Source of the DNA: Actinomycetota bacterium
GTDB lineage: Bacteria > Actinomycetota > Acidimicrobiia > Acidimicrobiales > Ilumatobacteraceae
Direction of reading: 5' to 3'
NCBI GenBank assembly: GCA_039800125.1
Contig: JBDLRG010000090.1
Span: forward strand, 1 to 24,878
DNA length: 24,878 nt
The translations under genes and the position numbers were made by a program. This document shows, in pieces, positions 1-7,535 of the stretch (positions are counted from its first letter, which is position 1; every line of letters begins with the position of its first letter). Below the pieces are notes generated by a model. It had not been told where the DNA came from. It saw nothing but the letters and a program-made list of their open reading frames with translations, and searched no databases.

Positions 1-962
1 TCGTCGATGCCGGCCTCGGCGAGGCGACCCAGACGCCGCTCGTGGGTGGCCCGCGATCCCATCACCCCGATGTACCCGACCGAGGTCGCGAGGGCCCCGC
101 GCACCGCCGGCACGTCGAACTTGGGGTCGTGGGTGAGGATGCACACCGCATCGCGCGGCCCGAGGCGGGCACCGCGATCGGCGAAGACGGCGTCGGGCCA
201 CGACACGACGACCTCGTCCGCCATGGGGAAGCGCCTCTTCGTGGCGAACACCTCGCGGGCGTCGCACACGGTGACGCGATAGCCGAGCACCTTGGCCACG
301 CGGGCCAGCGCCGCGGTGAAGTCCACCGCCCCGAAGATCCACATCGCCGGTGGCGGTGCGAAGCTCTCCAGGAACACTCGGACCGTTTCGGTGGCCGCGA
401 GGTCCTCCGGGGTCGACTGGCCCTCCGTTCCCCAGTGGCGCACGAGCGTGCGGGCCGCCTCGAGTTCCCCGACGGTGTCGCGCGCGGCGATGCGGTCCAG
501 TTCGGTGCCCCCGAGCGAGCCGGCGGTGCGCCCTGCCGTCTCCACGACCATCACGGACCCCGTTCCCGGTCCCTCGACGACGGTGGCGAGAGCGACCGGC
601 CGGTCGTCGCGCACCGCACCTGCGAAGGCGCGCCAGACGTCGTCATCCCAGTCGAGGGGCTGGATGAAGAGGTGCACCGTGCCTCCGCAGGTGAGGCCGA
701 CGGAGAATGCCTCGTCGTCGGAGTAGCCGAAGGTGACGATGCGGCTCGGGGCGTCGCCCGAGAGCACCTCGAGGGCCGCCTCGACGACGGCTCCCTCGAC
801 GCATCCGCCGCTCACCGATCCGATGACCTCGCCCGATCCGTCGACGGCCATGGCCGCACCGGCCTCGCGCGGCCCCGAACCCTCGGTGTCCACCACCCGG
901 GCCAGCGCGATGCGGCGTCCTGCTCGACGCCAGGCGTCCAGTTCGTCGAGCAGTTCACGCAC
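1..962 (-). CDS. xdhC: XdhC/CoxI family molybdenum-cofactor maturation protein (3' end runs off the window)
   Basis: Not in the ORF track because no stop lies in the window. Manual translation from GTG at 962: MRELLDELDAWRRAGRRIALARVVDTEGSGPREAGAAM..GSVSGGCVEGAV..VGLTCGG; C-terminal part ..LTHDPKFDVPAVRGALATSVGYIGVMGSRATH. These are typical XdhC motifs. The start overlaps the upstream vWA gene stop by 8 nt. Confidence 0.9.
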   Translation of the reverse strand, partial: MRELLDELDAWRRAGRRIALARVVDTEGSGPREAGAAMAVDGSGEVIGSVSGGCVEGAVVEAALEVLSGDAPSRIVTFGYSDDEAFSVGLTCGGTVHLFIQPLDWDDDVWRAFAGAVRDDRPVALATVVEGPGTGSVMVVETAGRTAGSLGGTELDRIAARDTVGELEAARTLVRHWGTEGQSTPEDLAATETVRVFLESFAPPPAMWIFGAVDFTAALARVAKVLGYRVTVCDAREVFATKRRFPMADEVVVSWPDAVFADRGARLGPRDAVCILTHDPKFDVPAVRGALATSVGYIGVMGSRATHERRLGRLAEAGID

Positions 963-2103
963 GGTCGAGCACCTCCACCAGTCGCTCGAGCGCCTCGAGG
1001 GAATGTCCCTCGACGAATTCGTCGATGTGGGGCAGGGCCGCGGCCATCCCGCGGGCGAGGGGGGCGTATCCGGGCGTGACCTTGAGGGGATTCACCCACA
1101 CCGTGCGGTGGGCGACGCGACCGAGTCGGGCCATCTCGTCGGCGAGCAGTGCCGGGTCGCCCCGATCCCAGCCGTCCGAGAGCACGACGACGACGGCCCC
1201 ACGGGCCAGGCCGCGCACCCCCCACGAGTCGTTGAAGTCGCGCAGGGTCGCACCCAGCCGGGTTCCGCCGCTCCAGTCGCGCACGCTCTCGCCGGCTCTC
1301 GCCAGCGCACGGTCGGGGTCGCGTGCGGAGAGCTCGCGCGTCACCCGGGTGAGGCGGGTGCCGAGGGTGAAGGCCTCGATGCGTCGTCCCCCCGCCACAC
1401 CGGCGTGCACGAAACGCAGGAGCGCCCGTGCGTAGGGCTCCATCGATCCGCTCACGTCGAGGAGGAACACGATGCGACGCGGCTTGTCATCGCGCCGGCG
1501 CCAGCGCCGTCTCGCCGTCTCGCCGCCGAGCCGGAGGCTCTCACGCACGGTGGCGCGCACATCGGGTCGCGCGCCACCGCGCCGGGCGGGCACGAGGCGC
1601 AGGGCGGGACGACGTCCCCCCGCGAGACGCAGACTTTCCATCCATCTACGGGCGAGCAGCATCTCGGCCTCGGTGTAGGCGGAGAAGTCCTTGTCGCGCA
1701 GTCGTTCGACCGCGGAGAATCGCAGCGTCGGCTCGCCGAGTCCGTCACCGTCGGGGTCGCCCGCGGAGCCTTCGTCGGCGTCGGTGAGGACCGAGGTGAC
1801 CACCACGGCTTCGTCGTGCACCGTCGATTCGCGACGGTCCCAGAACACGGCGAAGGCGCGGTCGTAGACCCCGATGTCCTCGGGTCGCCGCACGAGGGTC
1901 GCGCGGCCCGCCCAGTAGACGCGGTCGCGCTCGGCGAGGCCGGTGCGTCCCAGTGCGGACATGAACGTCACGACCGAATCGAGGGGCACGGCCACCTCGA
2001 GTGCGCGCAGCACCCGGGCGAAGCCGACGGCGAGACGCTCGGCCGACGGATCGGTGGCCGAGCCGCCGTCACGGTGGTTCACGGCCGCCGCACCCGAGTT
2101 CAC
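955..2103 (-). CDS. CoxE-like vWA domain protein (382 aa)
   Basis: Lies within track ORF 955..2853. Start re-assigned to the GTG at 2103, which overlaps the ATPase stop as GTGA. MIDAS motif DVSGSM, plus FTLGTRLTRVT, WSGGTRLG, VLSDGWDRGD and WVNP, all characteristic of CoxE/VWA_CoxE. Confidence 0.9.
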   Translation of the reverse strand: MNSGAAAVNHRDGGSATDPSAERLAVGFARVLRALEVAVPLDSVVTFMSALGRTGLAERDRVYWAGRATLVRRPEDIGVYDRAFAVFWDRRESTVHDEAVVVTSVLTDADEGSAGDPDGDGLGEPTLRFSAVERLRDKDFSAYTEAEMLLARRWMESLRLAGGRRPALRLVPARRGGARPDVRATVRESLRLGGETARRRWRRRDDKPRRIVFLLDVSGSMEPYARALLRFVHAGVAGGRRIEAFTLGTRLTRVTRELSARDPDRALARAGESVRDWSGGTRLGATLRDFNDSWGVRGLARGAVVVVLSDGWDRGDPALLADEMARLGRVAHRTVWVNPLKVTPGYAPLARGMAAALPHIDEFVEGHSLEALERLVEVLDRA

Positions 2104-3020
2104 GCGGGAGGTGCCCCCGTGTCGCGCCCGAGTCCGCCGGCGACGATGGCGGCGAGGCCGTGCTCGCGCGCGCGCTCGTGGTCCTCGCGGTACTTGAGAA
2201 CGGTGCCGAGCGTGCGGTCGAGCACGGCTTCGTCGATGCGCGACACTCCGAGGCGGCCGAGCGCCGTGGCCCAGTCGATCGTCTCGGCGACGCCCGGTGG
2301 TTTGTAGAGATGGATGCCGCGCAGCGCCTCCACCGCGCCGGCGACCTGGCGCGCGAGGGGCTCTCCGACACCGGGCGCCCGCAGGCGCACGATCTCCACC
2401 TCGCGCTCGAAGGAGGGGTGCTCGACCCAGTGATAGAGGCAGCGCCGCTTGAGGGCGTCGTGGACGTCGCGGGTGCGGTTCGAAGTGAGCACGACGACGG
2501 GTTTCACCCGGGCGCGCACGGGGCCGATCTCGGGAATGGTCACCTGGAAGTCCGAGAGGACCTCGAGCAGGTACGCCTCGAACTCGTCGTCGGCGCGGTC
2601 GATCTCGTCCACGAGGAGCACCGGGGGGACGGCGGACCCGTGGTCGATGGCGCGCAGCACGGCGCGTCGCACGAGGAACCGCTCGCTCCAGATCTGGTTC
2701 TCGAGGTCCCCGGTGGCGGTGCGGGCCGCCTCCCCGGTGGCCTCGGCGGCGCGCAGGTGGAGCAGCTGCCGCGAGTAGTCCCAGTCGTAGACGGCCTGGG
2801 AGACGTCGATCCCCTCGTAGCACTGCAGGCGGATGAGCTCGGTGCCGAGCCAACGCGCGAGAGTCTTGGCCAGTTCCGTCTTGCCGACGCCGGCCTCGCC
2901 CTCGAGGAACAGGGGACGCTCCAGGCCGAGGGAGAGGAACACCGACGTGACGAGGCCTTCGTCGGCGAGGTACCCGTGCTGCGCGAGGCCGGCGGCGACC
3001 TCGGGGAGCGTGGGATTCAT
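2100..3020 (-). CDS. CoxD-like MoxR family AAA+ ATPase (306 aa)
   Basis: Walker A GEAGVGKT, LQCYEGID, Walker B LLVDEIDRAD, sensor TSN and ALKRRC. Adjacent to a vWA partner. Confidence 0.92.
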   Translation of the reverse strand: MNPTLPEVAAGLAQHGYLADEGLVTSVFLSLGLERPLFLEGEAGVGKTELAKTLARWLGTELIRLQCYEGIDVSQAVYDWDYSRQLLHLRAAEATGEAARTATGDLENQIWSERFLVRRAVLRAIDHGSAVPPVLLVDEIDRADDEFEAYLLEVLSDFQVTIPEIGPVRARVKPVVVLTSNRTRDVHDALKRRCLYHWVEHPSFEREVEIVRLRAPGVGEPLARQVAGAVEALRGIHLYKPPGVAETIDWATALGRLGVSRIDEAVLDRTLGTVLKYREDHERAREHGLAAIVAGGLGRDTGAPPA

Positions 3021-3026
3021 GCCCCG

Positions 3027-3032
3027 AGCGTA
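3027..3032 (-). promoter_or_regulatory. Putative -10 box TACGCT, 6 nt upstream of the MoxR ATPase ATG (leaderless-type)
   Basis: TAnnnT hexamer with a 6-nt spacer to the start codon and no Shine-Dalgarno. Confidence 0.55.
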
Positions 3033-3039
3033 GGGGGAA

Positions 3040-4446
3040 TCAGGAGTCCCAGCCGAGGCCCATGCGGTCGAGCGTGCGCAGCCACAGGTTGCGCCTGCCC
3101 GTGCGGTCCTCGCGGTCGAGGGACCAGCGGGTGGCCTGGATGCCGAGGAAGCGGATCGGCTCGGGAGGGAACGGCACGGGCTTCGACTTCACGAAGTCGG
3201 TGGCGGTGGCGCGCGTGCGCCGTCCGTCGAGGATGTCGAGCATGACCTCGGCGCCGAAGCGCGACGAGCCCACCCCGAGCCCGGTGTAGCCGAGCGCGTA
3301 GGCGACCCGGCCGCCCATGGCCCGTCCCCAGAAGACGCTGAAGCGCGAGCACGTGTCGATGGCGCCGCCCCACATGTGGGAGAACTTCACGCCGGCCAGC
3401 TGCGGGAACGTCTCGAAGAAGTGCTTGGAGAGCAGCGCCCAGGACTCGGGGCGCGACTCCAGTTCGGTGCGCATCCTGCCGCGGAAGTAGTAGATGGCGT
3501 CGTACCCGCCCCACAGGATGCGGTTGTCCGCGGTGAGTCGGTAGTAGTGGAACTGGTTGGGGATGTCGCTCAGGCCCTGACGACGCTTCCAGCCGACCGA
3601 CTCGAGTTGTGCGGGCGTGAGGGGCTCGGTGACCATGCAGTAGTCGTAGACGGGCACGATGTAGTTGGAGAGACGGCGCAACAGCGGCTTGAAGGCGTTC
3701 GTGGCGAGGGCCACCTTGCCGGCGCGGATCTTGCCGAGCGGCGTCGACACGAGCACGCCGACCCCGTCGCGCTCCATCGAGATGGCCTTGGTGTCCTCGT
3801 AGATGCGCACGCCGAGCGACTCGGCCGCGCTCTTCAGGCCCCACACGAGGCGCGCCGGGTCGACGAGGGCCGCCCGGTCGTGACGCCACAGTCCTCCCGT
3901 GTAGACGGGGGAGTGGACCTCGGCCTGCATGGCCTCCTGGTCGAACCACTCGACCTTGTGGCCGAGGGCGCGCAACTGGATGTAGTCGTCGCGCAGTTCG
4001 TCGAGATACGAGGGCGGGTGCAGGGTGCTGGCGACGTCGATGGCGCCGGTGCGTTCCCAGTCGCAGTCGATTCCGTAGCGCTCGATGGCGCGCTCGATCT
4101 CGCGCAGGTTCTCCATGCCGAGGTCCTCGAGCACCGACACCTCGTCGGGAAAGCGGGACTGGGCGTTGGCCACTCCGTGGGTGAGCGACGCCTCGACGAA
4201 GCCGCCGTTGCGACCGCTCGCGGCCGAGCCGACCTCGCTGGCGTCGATGAGGATGACGTCGCGCGAGGGGTCGCGCTCCTTGGCGAGGATGGCCGTCCAG
4301 AGCCCCGTGTATCCGCCGCCCACCACGCACAGGTCGCAACTCTCGGTGCGCACCAGGGTCGGGTTGGAATCGGGCTCGTCCGTGTCCTCGTACCAATAGG
4401 GATACGGGTCTGCGTCGGCGATCGCATCGAGATGCAGATCGTCCAT
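3040..4446 (-). CDS. FAD-dependent oxidoreductase, PuuB/OrdL-like D-amino-acid/amine oxidase superfamily (468 aa)
   Basis: Start re-assigned to the ATG at 4446 (SD-like AAGGTGGTG upstream). Dinucleotide-binding VVGGGYTGLWTA, ASGRNGGF, VALATNAF, LWGG, WGGAID and GYTGLGV motifs. Confidence 0.88.
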   Translation of the reverse strand: MDDLHLDAIADADPYPYWYEDTDEPDSNPTLVRTESCDLCVVGGGYTGLWTAILAKERDPSRDVILIDASEVGSAASGRNGGFVEASLTHGVANAQSRFPDEVSVLEDLGMENLREIERAIERYGIDCDWERTGAIDVASTLHPPSYLDELRDDYIQLRALGHKVEWFDQEAMQAEVHSPVYTGGLWRHDRAALVDPARLVWGLKSAAESLGVRIYEDTKAISMERDGVGVLVSTPLGKIRAGKVALATNAFKPLLRRLSNYIVPVYDYCMVTEPLTPAQLESVGWKRRQGLSDIPNQFHYYRLTADNRILWGGYDAIYYFRGRMRTELESRPESWALLSKHFFETFPQLAGVKFSHMWGGAIDTCSRFSVFWGRAMGGRVAYALGYTGLGVGSSRFGAEVMLDILDGRRTRATATDFVKSKPVPFPPEPIRFLGIQATRWSLDREDRTGRRNLWLRTLDRMGLGWDS

Positions 4447-4452
4447 GGGAAT

Positions 4453-4476
4453 CACCACCTTGTGGCCTGCATCGTA
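4453..4476 (-). promoter_or_regulatory. Putative -10 box TACGAT (4471-4476) and SD-like AAGGTGGTG (4453-4461) for the FAD oxidoreductase
   Basis: Near-consensus -10 hexamer followed by a short leader carrying an SD-like element. Confidence 0.5.
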
Positions 4477-4550
4477 CCCGTGGACCCCCCGGGGTCGTCG
4501 GGGATGCCCCCGTGGAGGGGCCGGAGCATCCCGGATGCTTGGATGGGGCG

Positions 4551-5297
4551 ATGGACCTGGGACTGAACGGACGTCGAGCGGCGGTGGCCGCGGGAACTGC
4601 AGGGCTCGGCCTCGCCACGGCGCGGGCCCTCGTGGCCGAGGGGGTGCGCACCGTGGTGTGCGGCCGCGATGCCGATCGACTCGCCGCCGCCCTCGCCGAA
4701 CTCGGTCCCGGCGCTGAGGGTTTCGTCTGCGACGTCTCCACCGCCGACGGGGGACGCGAGTTCGCAGGCCGCGCCGCGGAGATGCTCGGCGGGGTGGACA
4801 TCCTCGTGGCCAACGGGGGTGGGCCACCTCCCGGTGGCGCGGCCGACGTGGACGATGCCCAGTTCGCCGCCGCCCTGCAGGCGAACCTGTTGTCGGTGGT
4901 GGCCATGTGCGCGACGGTCGTGCCCGCCATGCGCGCGCAGCGCTGGGGCCGGGTGCTGGCCATCACGTCGGTGTCGGTGCGCCAGCCGATCCCGAACCTC
5001 ATCCTCTCGAACACCGCGCGGGCCGGCCTGACGGGCTATCTCAAGACGCTCGCCCGCGAGGTGGCCGGTGACGGGGTGACGGTGAACTCGATCCAACCCG
5101 GTGTCCATGCCACCGACCGCATCCGCCAGCTGCACGGCGATGCCCCCGACGGCCGATCGATGGGCATCCCTGCCGGGGTGGTGGGTGACGCCGCCGACTT
5201 CGGTCGGATCGCGGCCACCATGGTCGCCGCCCACGCGGGATTCATGACGGGCGTCAACCTGCACGTGGACGGGGGGTCGTACCAGGGCCTTCTCTAG
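4551..5297 (+). CDS. Short-chain dehydrogenase/reductase, FabG/BKR-like atypical subgroup (248 aa)
   Basis: Start re-assigned to the ATG at 4551 (MDLGLNGRRAAVAAGTAGLG). Also DILVANGGGP, ITSVSV, SNTAR at the YxxxK position, VTVNSIQPG, and GVNLHVDGG. Confidence 0.9.
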   Translation: MDLGLNGRRAAVAAGTAGLGLATARALVAEGVRTVVCGRDADRLAAALAELGPGAEGFVCDVSTADGGREFAGRAAEMLGGVDILVANGGGPPPGGAADVDDAQFAAALQANLLSVVAMCATVVPAMRAQRWGRVLAITSVSVRQPIPNLILSNTARAGLTGYLKTLAREVAGDGVTVNSIQPGVHATDRIRQLHGDAPDGRSMGIPAGVVGDAADFGRIAATMVAAHAGFMTGVNLHVDGGSYQGLL

Positions 5298-6190
5298 ACG
5301 GGAACGAGACCTCGTCTCCGCTCCCAGCGGTCGGCGAGAGCGAAGGCGAGCAGCACGACGAGCCAGCCGGCCAGCACATCCACGAGGTAGTGCTCGCCGA
5401 AGTAGACGAGCGCGGCTCCCATGGCGACCGGGAAGGCCATGGCGGCCGTGCGCACGGGCGCCGAGCGACCCCGGGTGAACCACAGGGTCACGAGAAGGGC
5501 GAGCCCGGCGTGAAGTGACGGCATGGCCGCCACCGGATTGAGCACGGCCGCACCCCGGTCGAGGGTGCGCGACACGGTGCGCAGGTTCAGCTCCCACCAG
5601 CCGCGCCCCGTGATGCGATCGACACGGTCGAGGTAGCCGTCGCGGGACGCCATCCACGGAGGGGCGGCGGGATAGACGATGAATCCGACGACCGCGATGC
5701 CGAGGGTGAGAGAGAAACGTCGCACGTAGGCGAGCCAGGCGAGCCGGTCGCGCACCCGCAGGAGTGCGAGGGGCAGCACGGGCAGCACGAAGTGCGACAT
5801 GTACACGACCGCGCCGGCCACGTCCCACCACCGCACGTCGTGGGGGATGTAGAAGGCCTCCTGCATGACGATGACGGGATCGTTGCCGAAGGTGATGAGA
5901 CGGTCGAGGTCGCGGGGACCCTCATAGCTCACGGGGATCCCCCACTGATCGGCGGTGCCGCGGCTGTAGTCGTAGGCCATCCAGATGAGGACGAGAACGA
6001 ACCAGTCGCGCACCATGAGGACGATCTCGTCGCGCGTGCGCCCCAGCGAGGCCACGGCGAAGCCGCCGAGCATCCAGGCGAGCACCGCGAGGCGGTCGAT
6101 GGGGATGCCGTGGGCGAACACGCTCCACACGAAGACGCCGACGAAGACCGCCAGAAGGGGACGCCGGAGCGTGGCGAGGTCGGCGCGCAC
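5294..6190 (-). CDS. AUR1/inositol-phosphorylceramide-synthase-like PAP2 superfamily (PAP2_3-type) membrane protein (298 aa)
   Basis: Multiple hydrophobic helices, with motifs YPAAPPWM, AAMPSLHAG and YFGEHYLVDVLAG. Confidence 0.82.
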   Translation of the reverse strand: MRADLATLRRPLLAVFVGVFVWSVFAHGIPIDRLAVLAWMLGGFAVASLGRTRDEIVLMVRDWFVLVLIWMAYDYSRGTADQWGIPVSYEGPRDLDRLITFGNDPVIVMQEAFYIPHDVRWWDVAGAVVYMSHFVLPVLPLALLRVRDRLAWLAYVRRFSLTLGIAVVGFIVYPAAPPWMASRDGYLDRVDRITGRGWWELNLRTVSRTLDRGAAVLNPVAAMPSLHAGLALLVTLWFTRGRSAPVRTAAMAFPVAMGAALVYFGEHYLVDVLAGWLVVLLAFALADRWERRRGLVPV

Positions 6191-6196
6191 CGCGAC

Positions 6197-6202
6197 AGTG
6201 TG
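6197..6202 (-). promoter_or_regulatory. Putative -10 box CACACT, 6 nt upstream of the PAP2-like GTG (leaderless-type)
   Basis: CAnnnT variant hexamer with a 6-nt spacer and no SD. Confidence 0.4.
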
Positions 6203-6231
6203 TCAGAGACACCGGCGAGTCGCCGGGCGGG

Positions 6232-7056
6232 TCAGGCGCCGGCGGACTCGAGTGCGCGACGCACCAGCACGCGGGCGAGGTGCGCGCGGTACTCGGCGGT
6301 GGCGTTGTTGTCCGACTGGGGTTCGGCCTCGGCAGCGGCGAGCTCGGCGGCCTCGGCGACCGACGCCCCCGCGGCGAGCGCGTCGACGACGCTCGCGCAG
6401 TACACCGGTGTCGATCCCATGTTCACGAGCGCCACGCCGGCGCGGGTTCCCTCGCGCCACGCGGCGACTCCCACGATCGCCCAGTCCTGGGCGCGTCGGT
6501 TGAACTTCTCGAATCCCCAGCCCGCCGACGGCATCTTCGGGACGCGGACCTCGACGAGCATCTCGTCGGGGGCGAGGGCCGACTCGAGGAAGCCGGTGTA
6601 GAACTCCGCCGCCGGGATCTCGCGGCGCCCGGCGGGGCCCTGCACCACGTAGACGGCGCCGAGTGCCAGCGTGGTGGCGGGCAGATCGGCGGCCGCGTCG
6701 GCGTGGGCGATCGAGCCCCCGATCGTGCCGCGATGGCGCACCTGGGGGTCGCCCACGTGGCTCGTGGCGCGGGCCAGCAGGGGCGCATGGCGCAGCACCA
6801 GGTCCGAGTGCTCGACGTCGTGGTGGCGGGTGAGCGCGCCGATGGCGAGATGGTCACCCTCCTCGCGCACGTAGGAGAGATCCGAGATGCGGGCGATGTC
6901 CACGAGAACGGCGGGCTGGGCGAGGCGCAGTTTCATGAGGGGGAGAAGGCTGTGTCCCCCGGCGAGGAACTTGGCGTCCTCACCGTGTTCACCCACGAGG
7001 GTGATGGCCTCCTCGGCCGATCCGGCACGGACGTAGTCGAAGGGTGCGGGCAGCAT
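6232..7056 (-). CDS. CoxM/CutM-like FAD-binding subunit of a xanthine dehydrogenase family enzyme (274 aa)
   Basis: MLPAPFDYVRA, KFLAGGHSLLPLMKLRLAQP, VGDPQVRHRGTIGGS and YRAHLARVL motifs. Confidence 0.92.
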   Translation of the reverse strand: MLPAPFDYVRAGSAEEAITLVGEHGEDAKFLAGGHSLLPLMKLRLAQPAVLVDIARISDLSYVREEGDHLAIGALTRHHDVEHSDLVLRHAPLLARATSHVGDPQVRHRGTIGGSIAHADAAADLPATTLALGAVYVVQGPAGRREIPAAEFYTGFLESALAPDEMLVEVRVPKMPSAGWGFEKFNRRAQDWAIVGVAAWREGTRAGVALVNMGSTPVYCASVVDALAAGASVAEAAELAAAEAEPQSDNNATAEYRAHLARVLVRRALESAGA

Positions 7057-7060
7057 GGCG

Positions 7061-7522
7061 TCATGCCCCCTTGCGTGCCGCGGCGAGCACGGCCTGGACG
7101 ATGTTGTGGTACCCGGTGCAACGACACAGGTTCCCTTCGAGGCCGATGCGCACCTCTTCCTCGGTGGGAGACGGGTTCTCGCGCAGCAGGCTGACCGACG
7201 CCATCACCATGCCCGGCGTGCAGAATCCGCACTGCAGACCGTGGTTCTCCATGAACGCCTCCTGCATCGGGTGCATCCCGCCCTCGGGTGCCAGACCCTC
7301 GATGGTGACGACCTGGCGGCCGTCGGCCTGGACGGTGAGCATCGTGCAGCTCTTCACGGCTTCGCCGTCGACGTGGAGCGAGCACGCTCCGCAACTCGAC
7401 GTGTCGCAGCCGATGTTCGTGCCGGTGAGGCCGAGGGTCTCGCGGACGAACTGCACGAGCAGTTGGCGCGGTTCGACGTCGGCCTCGCGGGGCCGACCGT
7501 TGACGGTGATCGTGACCTTCAT
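7061..7522 (-). CDS. CoxS/CutS-like 2x[2Fe-2S] small subunit (153 aa)
   Basis: Start re-assigned to the ATG at 7522 (GAGGAG SD upstream). Cys motifs [20 protein letters not shown] and NLCRCTGY. Confidence 0.94.
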   Translation of the reverse strand: MKVTITVNGRPREADVEPRQLLVQFVRETLGLTGTNIGCDTSSCGACSLHVDGEAVKSCTMLTVQADGRQVVTIEGLAPEGGMHPMQEAFMENHGLQCGFCTPGMVMASVSLLRENPSPTEEEVRIGLEGNLCRCTGYHNIVQAVLAAARKGA

Positions 7523-7535
7523 GTCTTCTCCTCGT

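Noticed and set aside
955-2853. Apparent 632-aa extended vWA protein, and other long Arg/Pro-rich N-terminal extensions in the track (3040..4827, 9915..10886, 11703..13415, 18176..19111, 21200..23119, 21964..23559)
   Set aside because: The extensions overlap the upstream gene in another frame. True starts are indicated by GTGA/ATGA coupling, SD or -10 elements, and the onset of homology.
6200-6212. Inverted repeat GTGTC-AGA-GACAC overlapping the PAP2-like -10 box
   Set aside because: The 5-bp arms are too short to distinguish from chance, and I saw no second copy.
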